Part shown: positions 12,603 to 25,773 of the stretch, in pieces
Layout: each line of letters begins with the position of its first letter
Position numbering within the stretch: the first letter of the stretch is position 1
From: Lytechinus pictus
Taxonomy: Eukaryota
Length of the DNA: 64,000 bases
Direction of reading: 5' to 3'
Assembly: GCF_037042905.1 (NCBI RefSeq)
Contig: NC_087253.1
Location: 25,048,001 to 25,112,000 of the forward strand
Made by a program: the position numbers and the translations under genes
The notes under the pieces: model-generated
Database searches by the model: none
What the model was told of the DNA's origin: nothing
Seen by the model: only the letters and a program-made list of their open reading frames with translations

Positions 12603-13509
12603 GGACAAATCACCATGGATACAACAACCATCGAATCGTCAGGGTTTGGATTTCCGGTTATAGTCAGATCCGGGTGTCACGAGCTTTCATGGAATAATTT
12701 TCTGATACCAGACTTTAGGAAAAGCTTCGGAAATGCCTATAAAAGAGATATATATTGGCCCGTCATTGGGGAAAATGAAATAGGTTTACCATCGAGAAAT
12801 TAGGCCTATATAATCCTCATTACCAGGTCCCTCGATCGCCGGTAGACCTTAAGCCGTCGGTCCTCTGATTACTTGCTTACAAGCATTATGCTAATTTCTT
12901 GGCAATCAGGTAAAACATCACTAACCACCAATTATTGGGCGAAAGCTCTGCTCCTTCTGGCAACTGTCATGCATGGTGGAAAAAGCATTTACCATAAGGC
13001 AATTTCCTGTAGCATATGTCGTCTGCTGGTCGTAAATCTCGTTCTACTCTGTCAGATTTGAAATTAGGAGATGATATTCGAGCAATAAGATAATAAAGTA
13101 TAATTTTTACGAATTAAGTATGCTGGTTATTGTGAATCTAAATTTAAAAAAATCCCCTATAAGACCATTTCTACAATGAAAATTAATTTGTTTTTACTGT
13201 ACACTTTCCGACACTTTGTAAAGTCGATCCCCCCTTCCTTTAATGTATGCCATGTTTTGTGCAAATAAAAACATAATTTTTATGATAATGATTGAATTGT
13301 GACTATATTTTTAGATTATCTATTTTCATTTATTTTCTCATTGGGGTTGACGTTGATCGATCAATATGGCATTTTTCAATCCCATTCACATTTTGATTTT
13401 CTTATGTCTTTATATTGTAACTATTTATATTTGTATGTATGTATTTTGTTTGTACTAATATATTTTTTTTTACTCAAGATGTGGAAAATAAATTGAATTG
13501 AATTGAATT

Positions 13510-14025
13510 GAAAGGAGAAAAGGGGGCGACAGGTTGACAGAGACAGAAAGAATGTGAGAGAGGGAGAGAAAGAGAGAGAGGGGAGAGAAGGAGAGGACCA
13601 AGGAAGAGAGGGGGAGAGCTAGGGAAAGGTTACAAAAGGGGAGAGATAAACAGACAGACAGGAAGAGTGAGAGAGAGAGTAGGGGGCGGGGGAGAGAGAG
13701 AGGGAAAGGTTACAAAAGGTGAGAGATAAACAGACAGACAGGGAGAGTGAGGGGCGAGGAAGAGAGAGAGAGGGGGGGGAGAAGGTTAGAAAGGGGGATA
13801 TTAGAATGTGCATGTGAGGATGGGTGTGTCCGTGAGAGAGGTCGGGGAAAAAATGAGAGAGGGAAAGGTTAGAACAGAGAAAAGTGAGAGATAGAGTTAA
13901 AATAAGAGCGAGGGAGAGAGGGCGGATGAATAGAAAGAGAGGAGGGGGGGGGGGAGGTTAGAAAAGAGAGAGAGAGGGAGAGTGTGAGAGGGGGATCGGC
14001 CAGAGAGGTGAGGGGAAGACAGGAT
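13510..14025. repeat. GA-rich polypurine tract with internal duplications
   Basis: AGGGAAAGGTTACAAAAGG unit repeated; GA runs. Confidence 0.85.
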
Positions 14026-14558
14026 GGGTTTATATGGACATTATAGACCAAACCAAGATTTCCATCATAGTTGTTTTAAATTTATTTATCGGGGAAGGGC
14101 AAACCTACTAAATGGGAGCGTCTATTTTTTTTCAACAATAAAATTATATAATTAAACATACCCTCTTTTCTTCTTCTTCTTCTAATTTTTATTATTATTA
14201 TTATTGTTATTATTATCATTTATTTATTCATTCATTTCATTCTTTTTTTCTTATTTTTCTCCTCTATGTATAAGTTGGGTAGTCACATGTGCTCTGCCCC
14301 ATTTTAGCACCATTCCTGCCTATTATGCACTGACTCAGACAAAGTCAAGCCTTAAAAAACATTTGCCTACCAAATGTTCAAAAGAATGTCACAATAATAA
14401 TGGCAATAATTATAATTAATATGTTAAGAAAGCCATATTCAGTGCTAAATCAATATATTTATAAAAAATAAAAACGGAGAATAGAAAATATGGAGAAAGA
14501 TGGTGCTTTCCCACACCATCTTTATATGCATAAGTAAACAGATCAATATTGCTATTAA

Positions 14559-15151
14559 AGGTCATGTCCACCCCAGAAAAATGTTGATTTGAATAAATAG
14601 AGAAAAATCAAACTAGCAAAAAACTGGAAATTTCATCAAAATTTGATGTAAAAAAAGAAAGTTATGACACTTTAAAGTTTTGCTTATTTTTCACAAAACA
14701 GTGATATGCACAACCCAAATGAGAAAGTCGATGATGTCCCTCACTTACTATTTCTTTTGTTTTTTATTGTTTGAATTATACAATATTTCATTTTTTATTG
14801 ATTTGACAATAAGGACCAACTTGACTGAATCATATAGTATTAAACAATGCTCGTTCAACATGTTCAGGAAGGAATTAATCGTTGTTTCACTTGACAATAA
14901 GGAGAAAAAATAGAATATTCCCTATTTCATATAATAAAATACAAAAGAAATAGTGAGTGGATGACGTCATCAGTCTCCTCTTTTGCATACCCGCCAGGAT
15001 GTGCATATAACTGTTTTGTGATATATTAAGCAAAACTTTAAAATATCATAACTTTCTTATTTTACATCCGATTTCGATGAAATTTTAGCGTTATGCTTGT
15101 TGGATTTTTCTCTTTTTTTTAATCAACTTTTTGTTTGGGTGGACTTGTCCT
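14559..15151. mobile_element. TTAA-flanked ~600-bp MITE (Kolobok-like)
   Basis: ttaa|aggtcatgtccaccc...gggtggacttgtcct|ttaa; close copy at 17460-18070. Confidence 0.85.
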
Positions 15152-15570
15152 TTAATTTAGGACGAAAATTATTACAGAAAATAAGACCGTTCTGTTTATT
15201 GCACCAATCTTCAGTTTTGCCCCGTTCACATTTTCTGCACCCGGCCGGCCTCCCGACAAACATATTTTGTAGGATCTAGCTTCCTCCCGGGGGGCGCATT
15301 AGGGTTAGTTTGGGGGCGATGATTTAATTTTCAGTTGAAGTTCATTAAAATATATTAATTTTGCAGGCCTATATGACCAAGCCCACGCAATTCCTTCCCC
15401 CCCTTTTTTTCTTCTCCCTTCTCTTTTTACTATTTTCAAAGTCGCCCTGCCCAACACCCCCCCCCTTCCGATACTTATTTTGTCCATTAGCCACGGAAAA
15501 ATATCCGTGGGCGCGCGGCGGCGAGATACTTTTTAGATCGAAAAGAAAAAGTTTGAGACACTGACGATTC

Positions 15571-15667
15571 TGCGCATGCGTGAAATTCTATGTTGCCTTG
15601 TCAACGCTGGTCAATCAAGAATCTTTTTCCAATCTAGAATCCTACATATTTCTTCCGTCACGTAAGT
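15571..15667 (+). promoter_or_regulatory. ROPN1L proximal promoter and non-coding first exon: NRF1-like site, RFX X-box, donor site
   Basis: TGCGCATGCG at 15571-15580; GTTGCCTTGTCAAC X-box at 15592-15605; gtaagt donor at 15662; acceptor at 16964 just before the ATG. Confidence 0.7.
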
Positions 15668-16985
15668 ATATTTTAGGAATTTGTTCTAAAAATAGTAAGA
15701 AATAATAAGTCTTCTCATTCCTAGGTTTCTGTATGTTTGCTTTATTGCAAAAAGTTGCATTTTATGTGTGATTAGTTTTCCCAGTTTCGAGTAAATTTAT
15801 TTGTGTAGTCCCATACATAGAATTTCGTGTTGGATTTTTGACCCAGAATGATTTCTATTGTGTCGGTTTGTTTTTCTCTTGTAAAATGTAAGTTAAGACT
15901 AAGTGATATTCATATGTATCTTTAACGATTCTTATGTTTGTTGTGTTGGTGAGTTAATTCATGACAAAATCTGGTCGTGAGTCAGTGGAGTTCGACGTCT
16001 AAACTAAAAGTAAAACGTCTCACTCTCAAGAACAGAGATGTGAGAAACAGAAAAGAAAGAGAGAAAATTGCAAAATGAGTTGGCTCTTCTCCCCCTTGTT
16101 CTCTTTCGTCATGCAAATCTTTTTTACCTCTCCAGTCTTGTTCTTGTCCATTTTATTTATCTTCCTCCTGCACCTAGATCTATTCCTTTTTTACTTTCTC
16201 TTTTTCTTCCCATTTCTCAAAGTAGGGTGTCTGGAGAAAAAAAATATTTTTCTTATTTCAAGAAAATATCACATTTTCTTTGTGAATTTGAGGGGAAATG
16301 ACCTTCAGACTGACAGAAATGTAACATTTTTGAAAAAAATCAAATTATTGGATGCAAAAAAGAAGAATGAAATTAGGTAAATTTTCAGCATTTCTCTGCC
16401 ATAGACTGTGTAGTTAAGAAATGGACACACACAAATCCGAATTTTTAGCTTCCGAGAGCTGTTATAAATTTATTATTAATGCCAAAAACTTGTCCATAAA
16501 GAGTCCAATAGGATTTTTTATGCTCTATCTGATGGTATGATTTTTATAAAGATTTGGAAACCAGATCACAATGAAAAATTGCGACAAAGTGAAAAAAATT
16601 GTGCAAAACAGAAATTTCATTTTCCCATAGAAAACGCATGGAGAAATGGCAATCTCAACACACACAAAAATAAGGGTTTGCAATTTATCTCTAAATCCTT
16701 ATTTAAAATGATCCTATAAACTTGTCCTTACTGTCAAAAGAAGCCCCTGAATTTTCTCTTTCCATACATGCCAAACACAAGTTAATAATCAATTCAGATC
16801 ACATTTTTCTAGTAGCCTGAACTTCCCCGAAAAAAATGTGCCATATTTTCCCCTAAATCAGCCTGTTTTATGCTGACACTTTTCAGTGTGGCTTCAGACA
16901 CCCTACTCAAAGACTCAAGCCTCCCCACTTGATTAAAAAAATTCCCCTTTCTCTCATTCTACAGACTCGCAAAATAAGAATCAAG

Positions 16986-19900
16986 ATGCCAGGAGTAGGT
17001 GATGACGTACCTATGTACTGCTCACAGCAGATAAACATTCCCCCTGACCTACCTGATATCATGAAGCAGTTCACCAAGTCTGCCATCAGGACCCAGCCGG
17101 CTGATGTCCTTCAGTGGTCAGCAGCGTAAGTCCAAATCAGTGGCCTGTTTCGTAAAAATTTTTATGAAAAATTTGGGCAACAACAGATACTGAAATCCTT
17201 CCATATAATAGTAAATTTGTTACAGGAAAAGTGCATATGTTTTGATAACATTTCTTTATGAAATCCGACCCAGGATTTTAGGATGGGGCAGTGTCTGGAT
17301 ACTTATATTGATGTCATTTTTTTATAGCAGTAAATTCTTGACATGCATGCATTAATATAAATAATTCTAATAGTTTATATTTGTAATGTTGTCTTACATT
17401 ACATTGCTTTCAAACAATTTATGAAATATTAATCACGACGTTCCCAGGATTTAATGCTCAATTAACTCCATCACAGAAAAATGTTGATTTGAATAAATGG
17501 AGAAAAATCAAACTTGCATAACATTGAAAATTTCATCAAAATCGGATGTAAAATAAGAAAGTTATGACACTTTAAACTTTTGTTATTTTTCATAAAAGAT
17601 TGATATGCACAACTCGGTGACATATATGCAAATGAGACAAACAATGATGTCCCTCACTCACTATTTTTTTTGTTTTTTACTGTTTGAATTATACAATATT
17701 TTATTTTTTACAGATTTGACAATAAGGACCAACTTGACTGAACCATATAGTATTAAACAAGGCCAACTCCTCATGTTCAGGGAGGAATTAATCATTCTTT
17801 CACTTGACAAATGACAATGAGGAGAAAATAAAAATATTTCATATGATAACATACAAAAGAAATAGGAGTGGATGATGTCATCAGTCTCCTCATTTGCATA
17901 CAAACCAGGATGTGCATATAACTGTTTTGTAAAATTATGCAAAACTTTAAAATCTAATAACTTTCTTAATTTACATCTGATTTTGATGAAATTTTCAGTG
18001 TTATGCTTGTTGGATTTTTCTCTTTTTATTATAAAAAATTAACTGTTTGTTGGGGTAGACTTGTCCTCTAAAACAACCTGTCTTGACATACGACAACTGG
18101 GTACTTCTGAAATGGGGTAACAATTATGAAATTAAGTTCTTTCAATTTAAAAACAGCATATTGTGAGCAGAAAACCATTTGCCTAAAATTCCCAAAATGT
18201 TTGTTTTGCTGAGCAATAACCAAAGTTATTTTCTTGGCAGCCCCACTTTTGACCCAGTTTAAATTGCAGTTAACCCGGAATCGTTGTCGTTACCCAGTGT
18301 CTTAAAAAGATTTTTAGCTTTTAATTTATTGGCTACCCAGTATCCACAAGGTTTGCAAGACTGAGATAATTGATTCATACTTTCAGTAAAACCAGAGCTT
18401 AGAATACAGCCTTTTGTCCTCATAGACTTGTCCTCATTTATGAATATTTAGTTGTTGTTACAGATAGCTTTTCCCCTTAGATTTCCGCATGAAAAAAACA
18501 TTTGTGTGTTCCTATTTTGCAGATATTTTCATGCCCTTGCCAATGGGGAGACACCCCCAGTGAAGGAAAGGCTTGAGATGCCCATGGCCACACAGAAAAC
18601 AGACACTGGACTAACACCAGGAATCCTCTCAGTGCTTAACAGACAGGTATGTTCCCAAGGCTATTTTTTTTAAAATCATTATAGATGGCAATGTCATCAA
18701 TATTCAAATCTTAACCAAGGTTAAGTTGTTTAAATGTCATATCTCACAAAGTATATGGACCTAGTTCATTAAACTTGGACATATTGGTATTGAAGTTTCA
18801 CTGACCATTTGGCATCAGTTTAGTTGTTTAGATAGATATACCCCTTTGTGTTTCTCTAATATAATCATTTTCAATAGTATGAAATATAAAGCAAACTATC
18901 TCTTTTGATTACAGTAGATGCCTAAGACAAATGATCACTTCTGTGCCAATATCAATGTATATGAGATCTTTCCTCAATTTTGCTTTGAAAAGATTCATGT
19001 AGCTCCAGCTAGGGAGTATTTCATGAAAGGTTTTGTCAGTGATATTCATTTATTTGCTCTTAGCCAATCAGATGCAAGGATTTCAGAAACCTATAACAAT
19101 AGGTAGTCAATGAAAATCATTGACTATTGACTATATATGTTTCATGAAAATGCTCGAAAGAATTGATAGTTTGTCCTCTTACCTACACAAATGAGAGCGA
19201 AGTTAGCTCAGTCGATAAAGGGTCTGACCGTCGAACCAAATGTTGTAGGTTTGAGTCCACCCCGGGCGGATTACTGAAGCCTGCGTTGTTTGTGAATGTA
19301 GCTCCACTGTTCCATAGATCCAGGCTGTGTTATAGTGGAAAATATTCTGTCTCTTGGATAGGGCATTAGATTGAGGCCCCCTGTAGAGGAGAGTTGCCAC
19401 CTTCGCATGTTATAAACCCACTGCACTATTGGTATAAGAGTAGGGCGAAACCCAGTGTAGTGGTTCACCTGCACTCCCCCAATCAGTTATATCAGGAGAG
19501 ACCTGCGGGTCACAGTAATTCAGTTCGCTTTTCGCCTCCCATGCACAGGTGATGCCAAACAAATGATAATAACATTTGCATACGATTTGTTTTTTTCATC
19601 CCTCAGCTTGGTCCTAAGAAGAAAATCTCACTGGAAGAACTTGAACAGAAATGGAAGGATAACTGTCTCCCTAAGGAGAGAATGTTCAGCTTGATTCAGA
19701 TTGGTAGCTTCGGGGATGAGATCGAATGGCCAAAGTTCTTTGCCCTTGCCTGCTCAGCTCTCGCAGGGGTAAGTTTTGTTGTTCTTTTTAAGCCTCAGGA
19801 CATGCTGGATGTAATGCATCAAAAAGGAATTGTTTTGATGATGAGATGATGATGATCCACATCATTTATATTGCATCATATTTCTGTTGAAACATTCATA

Positions 19901-21546
19901 GGCACAGGCTCATCCAATTAAGCTAATTGCTAAAAGTGGGATATCTTAAGTCATGCTTCTGTAACAATTGTTCCTTTTCAATCTTCCATGTTCTGTGACT
20001 AACCTTTCTCTAATCGTAAATGTAAACTAGTTGGATGTCTCACAAAACTTCAAAAAGTTAAATTCCAATTCAAGCGCAGTTCCTTTGATAAATAAAATAT
20101 AACAGATTTTTTATTCAGTCGCAACTCGGCTTTCTTGTAACACCCCATTAAGCTTGATTTGGGGACTTTGCTTGATTTGGAATGGAACTCGAGTCTCTTG
20201 CAAACTCTGTAAAACTCCCTAGAAGCTCCAAGTTGAAGCTTTTATCTTTAAAAAGCGCACATGAGCCAGAACAATTATAGCAGAAAAGTCTGATCACATT
20301 ATAAGCTTAAAAATCACTGCTGTTTGCAAGGTTGCACTTTATATTTGATTGTTAAATCTAAAAAAACATTCAGACTGTAGATCACCAGCACAGAAAAGTA
20401 CATGTGGGACAATGTATAATTGTTTGTTAGACAAATATGCTACACCTTGCTGGAATGCACTGATTATCATACTCATTTCTGTGTGACCTTTGACCTTTAA
20501 CCTCCAGAACATCACCTCTGCTATGAAGGTCATCTGTGAGATTTTGACCAAGGACCCAGAGGGCGGTGCAGCGAGGATACCCTTTGACCTCTTCAAGGAG
20601 CTCTATACGTACCTGGCTCAGATTGACGGAGAGATCTCGGAAGAGCAGATAGAGGGCGTCTTCACCTACCTGCAATACCATGTGTAAGTCATAACTAATA
20701 AAACATTTGTGTGCTGCTTTTAAAAGTAAAAGGCAGTAGTTGTAGCAAATAATTATTTCATGAAAAAGCCTTTTAAATCAAGGTTAATTGTCAAGATATT
20801 TTCATACAACTAGATCTGGTACGTTAATGTAAACCTATCATTGTAAAATCATGAAATCTTAGCTCAAATTCGATAATTCTGATGATCACTAACACAGAAG
20901 AGCATATATGGGACAGTGTATTAATATTGCGTTGAAAAATACCGGACATTTGATGGAATTCCGTGCCTATTTTGCTAATTTCTCAGCTATTTCGTATTTT
21001 TCTTCGGGATTTATTTGGCACATATTTTTTATTTATACATACAAACACTTTGGTGGTAATTTCATTGGATACGGTTCGAACTCATATTGAGATTGTTACC
21101 ACAACTGGTATTTATCTTTCATGCTGTTCACCCATATTCACAAGTTAAAGACAATTGCCCATATTCTGAGCTACCACAGGATGTCGTCTAAATCTGTGCT
21201 CTGAATAGGAGCAGCCATATGTGATAGAAATCCCCTACTTTTTGGTTTATCAGAATCTTTGTTAGTCAATTTCAGGCATGTTATATCTAATTACTAAAAG
21301 AGAAAACTCAATTCTGTGAAAATTTGTAGGTTTTCAGTCAATATGATCAGAAATTTTATGATAAGTGTCCATGAATTGTAACTTTTATCTTGTGTTTATG
21401 AAGAGTGTTGTATCATATTTTTGTTTCAGTTACAAATTGGTATTTCATTCTTATATTTTTGTGTTTGATATTACAGTGACAAACAGAATGGCGCAGTGCA
21501 ACCAAGGAACTTCCTCCATCCCGACTGCCCCAAGCTTGGCCTGTGA
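16986..21546 (+). CDS. ROPN1L: Ropporin-1-like protein (RIIa D/D-domain, AKAP-binding, radial-spoke RSP11-type), 223 aa; exons 16986-17125, 18523-18646, 19607-19768, 20508-20683, 21477-21546
   Basis: [71 protein letters not shown] and ICEILTKDPEGGAARIPF are characteristic ROPN1L segments. The exons join in frame (672 nt) with GT-AG introns. Confidence 0.95.
17460..18070. mobile_element. Second, more decayed copy of the 14559-15151 MITE in a ROPN1L intron
   Basis: Colinear similarity over about 600 bp. Confidence 0.8.
19197..19570 (+). mobile_element. tRNA-derived SINE of a second family in a ROPN1L intron
   Basis: TAGCTCAGTCG A-box-like and GGTTTGAGTCC B-box-like head followed by a GC-richer body. 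Confidence 0.55.
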
Positions 21547-21671
21547 GCAGCAGCTATCAAACGGACCATCATCGACCAATCATCTCTGTTAATATCCTTG
21601 TTTTGTTATGTCTGTTGAAGACTAGGGGGCATTCCGGGGAGGGGGGGCATTGAAGATGTAGAAGAGACCAG

Positions 21672-22040
21672 AGGGTCGTTTCATTTTACTGTTCATAAGT
21701 TAAGAGCGACTTTAAGAACAGCTGGTGATCCTTTCCTATGGTAAATGGTATCTACACCAAAATGTTTTAAATGGTTTAGCATGTAAGAAAGGTTCACCAG
21801 TCATTCTTACAGTCGCTCTTAACTTACAAACAGCTTTATGAAACACTCACCTGGGGGTTGTTACATTGTACTGTTCATAAGGTACACAAGACTTTAGTAT
21901 ACAAACGACAGGTGAACCTTTCTTGTAATGAACCATATACCCCAAATTGTTTATTGGTGTTGATATAGCCCCCAAGAAAGGGGTCACCAGTCAAGCGTAA
22001 AGTCGTTCGTTACTTATGAACAGCTTTATGAAACACTCAC
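21672..22040. mobile_element. Two tandem copies of the ~185-bp palindromic MITE just 3' of the ROPN1L stop
   Basis: Similarity to 48175-48357; both copies end in CAGCTTTATGAAACACTCAC. Confidence 0.7.
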
Positions 22041-23750
22041 AAGGGGGTTGTTAACAAAGATTTAAGTCTGGCTAGAAATAACACTCAGATTCCCAGTTGT
22101 GTGTGGTTTATAATGCATCACAGCATTGGTCAAATCATCATGCTCAGAAGATGTGCACTACTGGATATCAATCAATGTAATTTACATTACACGTGTAAAA
22201 TCATGTGCTCGATGAAACTTAAGCATGAAATTAAGTCAGGTTTGGATCTATGTGAACCACCCCTAGTTGATATAATAACTGTTGGGCAATGACAACTTTC
22301 ATGAAGTTATGCATAAACATGCATAATACAACTAACTGGGAAAGAATGATATGCTCAATTTCATTTTCTCCCTTGGTCATCGTCTTATTGCATGCAATCA
22401 ACACATTTTTACATCATTTGCGTTTATTTTCTCCATTTATTGTGTTAAGGCCTCTCTGGGTCTTGCCATATCATTTTTTTTTTAAATGTATAAATGCTTC
22501 GTACTGTTCATTGATCATTTAAAAGGTCATCAGTTTACATATAGGATTTATTTGTAGTTAATTTGCTATCCATCGTGTGTTCAACAATCAGCACTTCGAT
22601 TGATTCATGCTCTTCTGTACTAGAGTGACAATGATTTACTCTTTTTAATGGCCCTAGTCTTTAGCAGATAATATTGTCACTGGCAAAATGTTACAAAGTG
22701 CATACATAGGTATCTTTTTGAAAAGAAAATGCTTCAAAACTTTCAAACTGAATCTAATTTAAGTGTTTAAAGCAAGCGTTTAAAAGTTCCACATTGGTGA
22801 ATATCCAGAGGAGGTAGAAATTTTCTATGATTGATGTGCTTAAATCCTTTTCCATATAGATCTTTCAGAAGTTTCACTTCAGATATTTTTGGGATAGTTT
22901 GGCTTCACTCTCGCTTGCAACTGAAAAAAAAAAAAAACATACTTTGTAACATTTCTGCCAGGCAAGTAAGTTTATGCTCTTTTTTTACATGTATGTACAT
23001 AAGAAAAGATTATCAGCATACGTCCAAGCACCAAAATAGTGCTCTAGATTTTTAATGTGCACAACTTGGATGGCCACTGTATTTTCTTGAGGATATGGCC
23101 TTTCAAGTTGTCATTTGTTTTTTTTAATCTCTTTGTTTTCCTCCTGTAATACTTATTTGGTCATGACAATTACAAATGGAGAGGGGGGGGGGTCCTGTCT
23201 TTGATATTGAGAGCTCTTCTGAAAGTGATATTTCATGGAATTTGTAGCTTCATCAACAACATTGAATTTTTATCCTTGTTTTCATTAAGACATGGGGAAA
23301 CTATTTTATTTATTACTAGTATACCATGTTATAGAATTAAAGATTGGCAATCCTCCAGAAAACAATGTTTAAGTTGACTTTTCCACAATTGTCGTGGAAA
23401 TTTGTGTATCATCTGTACAGCCTCCTTGTTATACTTCTCTTTCATAGCATTTATTCTTCATATGATTGTCTTCAGAAAAGTGCCTTCTGTAGAGACACAA
23501 CGTATCTACTTAAATAAATGTGCAGAAAAGCAGGGGCATTGCTATGGGGAGGTCGGGGTAGCTGACAGCTGTAAGGGGGAAGATCACCCCGTATACATTT
23601 TCAAGAAGAGAAAAAGAAAAGATTAAGAGATAAAAGAATAACAAAACTGGAGGAAGAGAGAAGAAAGAAGAATGTAAAATATACACAGAAGTACAAGTCA
23701 TGTCATCTTAAAGTCTATATTACCCTTGTTATTCAATTTAGGGAAAAAGA

Positions 23751-24156
23751 TATTGGCCCGAATTCACAAAGGTGGTTTTGAAAACCCACGGTTGAGTCCA
23801 TGGTTTATGCAGATTTCCTGTATAAAATACGCTTAATTTAGCGCGTATCAGGCGCGTGTATAAAACATGTCCAATGCTGCTGCGCGCCAAATTGACGCCT
23901 GTTACCATGATGAGATACGCTATTTTATTCATGAGTCCACTCTTCAGACAGTGGACTCATGAATAAAACAGCGTATCTAACCATGGTAACAGGCGTCAAT
24001 TTGGCGCACTCTGACAAAAGCGCGCAGCAGCATTGGACATGTTTTATACACGCGCCTGATACGCGCTAAATTAAGCGTATTTTATACAGGAAATCTGCAT
24101 AAACCATGGACTCAACCGTGGGTTTTCAAAACCACCTTTGTGAATTCGGGCCAATA
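23751..24156. mobile_element. Near-perfect 400-bp palindromic MITE (fold-back, PIF/Harbinger-like GGCC ends)
   Basis: 23751-23886 is the reverse complement of about 24021-24156; the inner arms also pair around the loop at 23941-23950. Confidence 0.9.
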
Positions 24157-25643
24157 GGTCTGGTTCTGCTCCTCGAGGAATAGCAAGTATACGGTATAAT
24201 CATCATGCATTTAAATACTAGTAACGTTTACATCAATATGTTATATGTGCATGTTGAGCATGCAAGCTAGCTGTTGTGTAATTCCCTTTGCTTCATTATT
24301 GGTCATTGATACATTATTATATTCACATCCTTTAATCAAACTATTGTTCTATGCATAGGACTGACGTTAGCATTAACAAGATTATTTTGTCAGTAGAATG
24401 ACACATTTTTCTGAACAAAGAAAGTAGAAAATAGAAACAAGAGATTTTCAGCACAAATGTTTTTTTTTTTACTTGTTAAAACGTTTTAGCAGTGTATTTT
24501 CTATAACAGCACATGTATTGTGTTTAAGCATCAGGGCAGGGGTCCCCCATTTCTTATAAAGCAATTTATTAATTACACAACTTTATGCATGACTGGTGAC
24601 CACTTCTTGTGCTAAATGATATATCCCTATGTAGTGGACTTAGCGACCAAGAACACGTCTCATTTGTCTGTAAAATCTTGTTTTGCAAAAAATGTTTGAG
24701 GGAAGCACCACCCAGGACCCTGTTTTACAAAGAGTTGTGGTTGATCCGATCATTTACAACTATGAAAAGTATACTATGCCAACATTTCAACTGCATAGAA
24801 CCATTCAAAATTATTTTCTAAATAAGAGGTATACTCATACAGCACACCTTTGTCTTGAAAGGTCTGTGTATACCTCTTTTAATCCAAACGGACATGGTAT
24901 GTAATACAGTAATACATTTACCATATGATTATGAAAATGACATTGATGGTTTTCCACAATTGACATTGAATTGGACAAATCATGATGCTTTGTAAGACAG
25001 GGCCTTGGTCTATTAATTAGCTTTTGTTTTTGTTTTGTAATGTAATAGTAACAAACTCAAGTTCTTTCTAACAGTTGGTTTATATATTGACAAATTGTTC
25101 ATGTACATGTAAGTCACAAATATAGGTTTTATCAAAGAATTAAGGGTAAATTTTCAGCAGAAATCTTCAAATTAAAGCAAATGAAAAAGTTATTGCTATC
25201 AGATCTAATCACATGGTCGTTGACAGTGTTAGGGTAAACTACGATGGTGGTGTTAAAGTATTCACAAGAAAAGGAAACCTTGACGTGTGTAATATAGCAT
25301 TTGTTTGTTTGTAAAGTGCTTGTAAATATGTTATATTTTTGTTGGATATTATATTGCACCTTTTGCATTAAAAAGATCCATTTCAAATGCATATGTCATG
25401 TGTGATTAATAATAAATGATATTTTGGGGTGTTAAATCAGAGAACAAGATGATCAGGGTCCCTTTGCAAATGGTAACTACCATGGTAACAAGGCTCAACA
25501 GCCAATCAAAATCAAGGGTTCCATGCAAGTTGCAATGTTACCATAATAGTAACTTTAATGCAACAGGGCCCTGATATTCAGATAATCTAATGATGGATAA
25601 ACCCATTTGGTCTACTATTAATTATAGCACGTTGAAAGAGTAC

Positions 25644-25773
25644 AGGGGCCTGTTGCAGAAAGAGTTGCGTTTAAACGCAAGTCAAAAATGCGCGCTGTTG
25701 ATTGGTTGAAAATCAAGTTGCGCATGATTTTCAAAGTTGCAATTGATTGCAACTCTTTCTGCAACGGGCCCCA
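25644..25773. mobile_element. Short palindromic MITE (GTTGCAGAAAGAGTTGC arms)
   Basis: Inverted arms; a related short element lies at 25455-25572. Confidence 0.7.
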
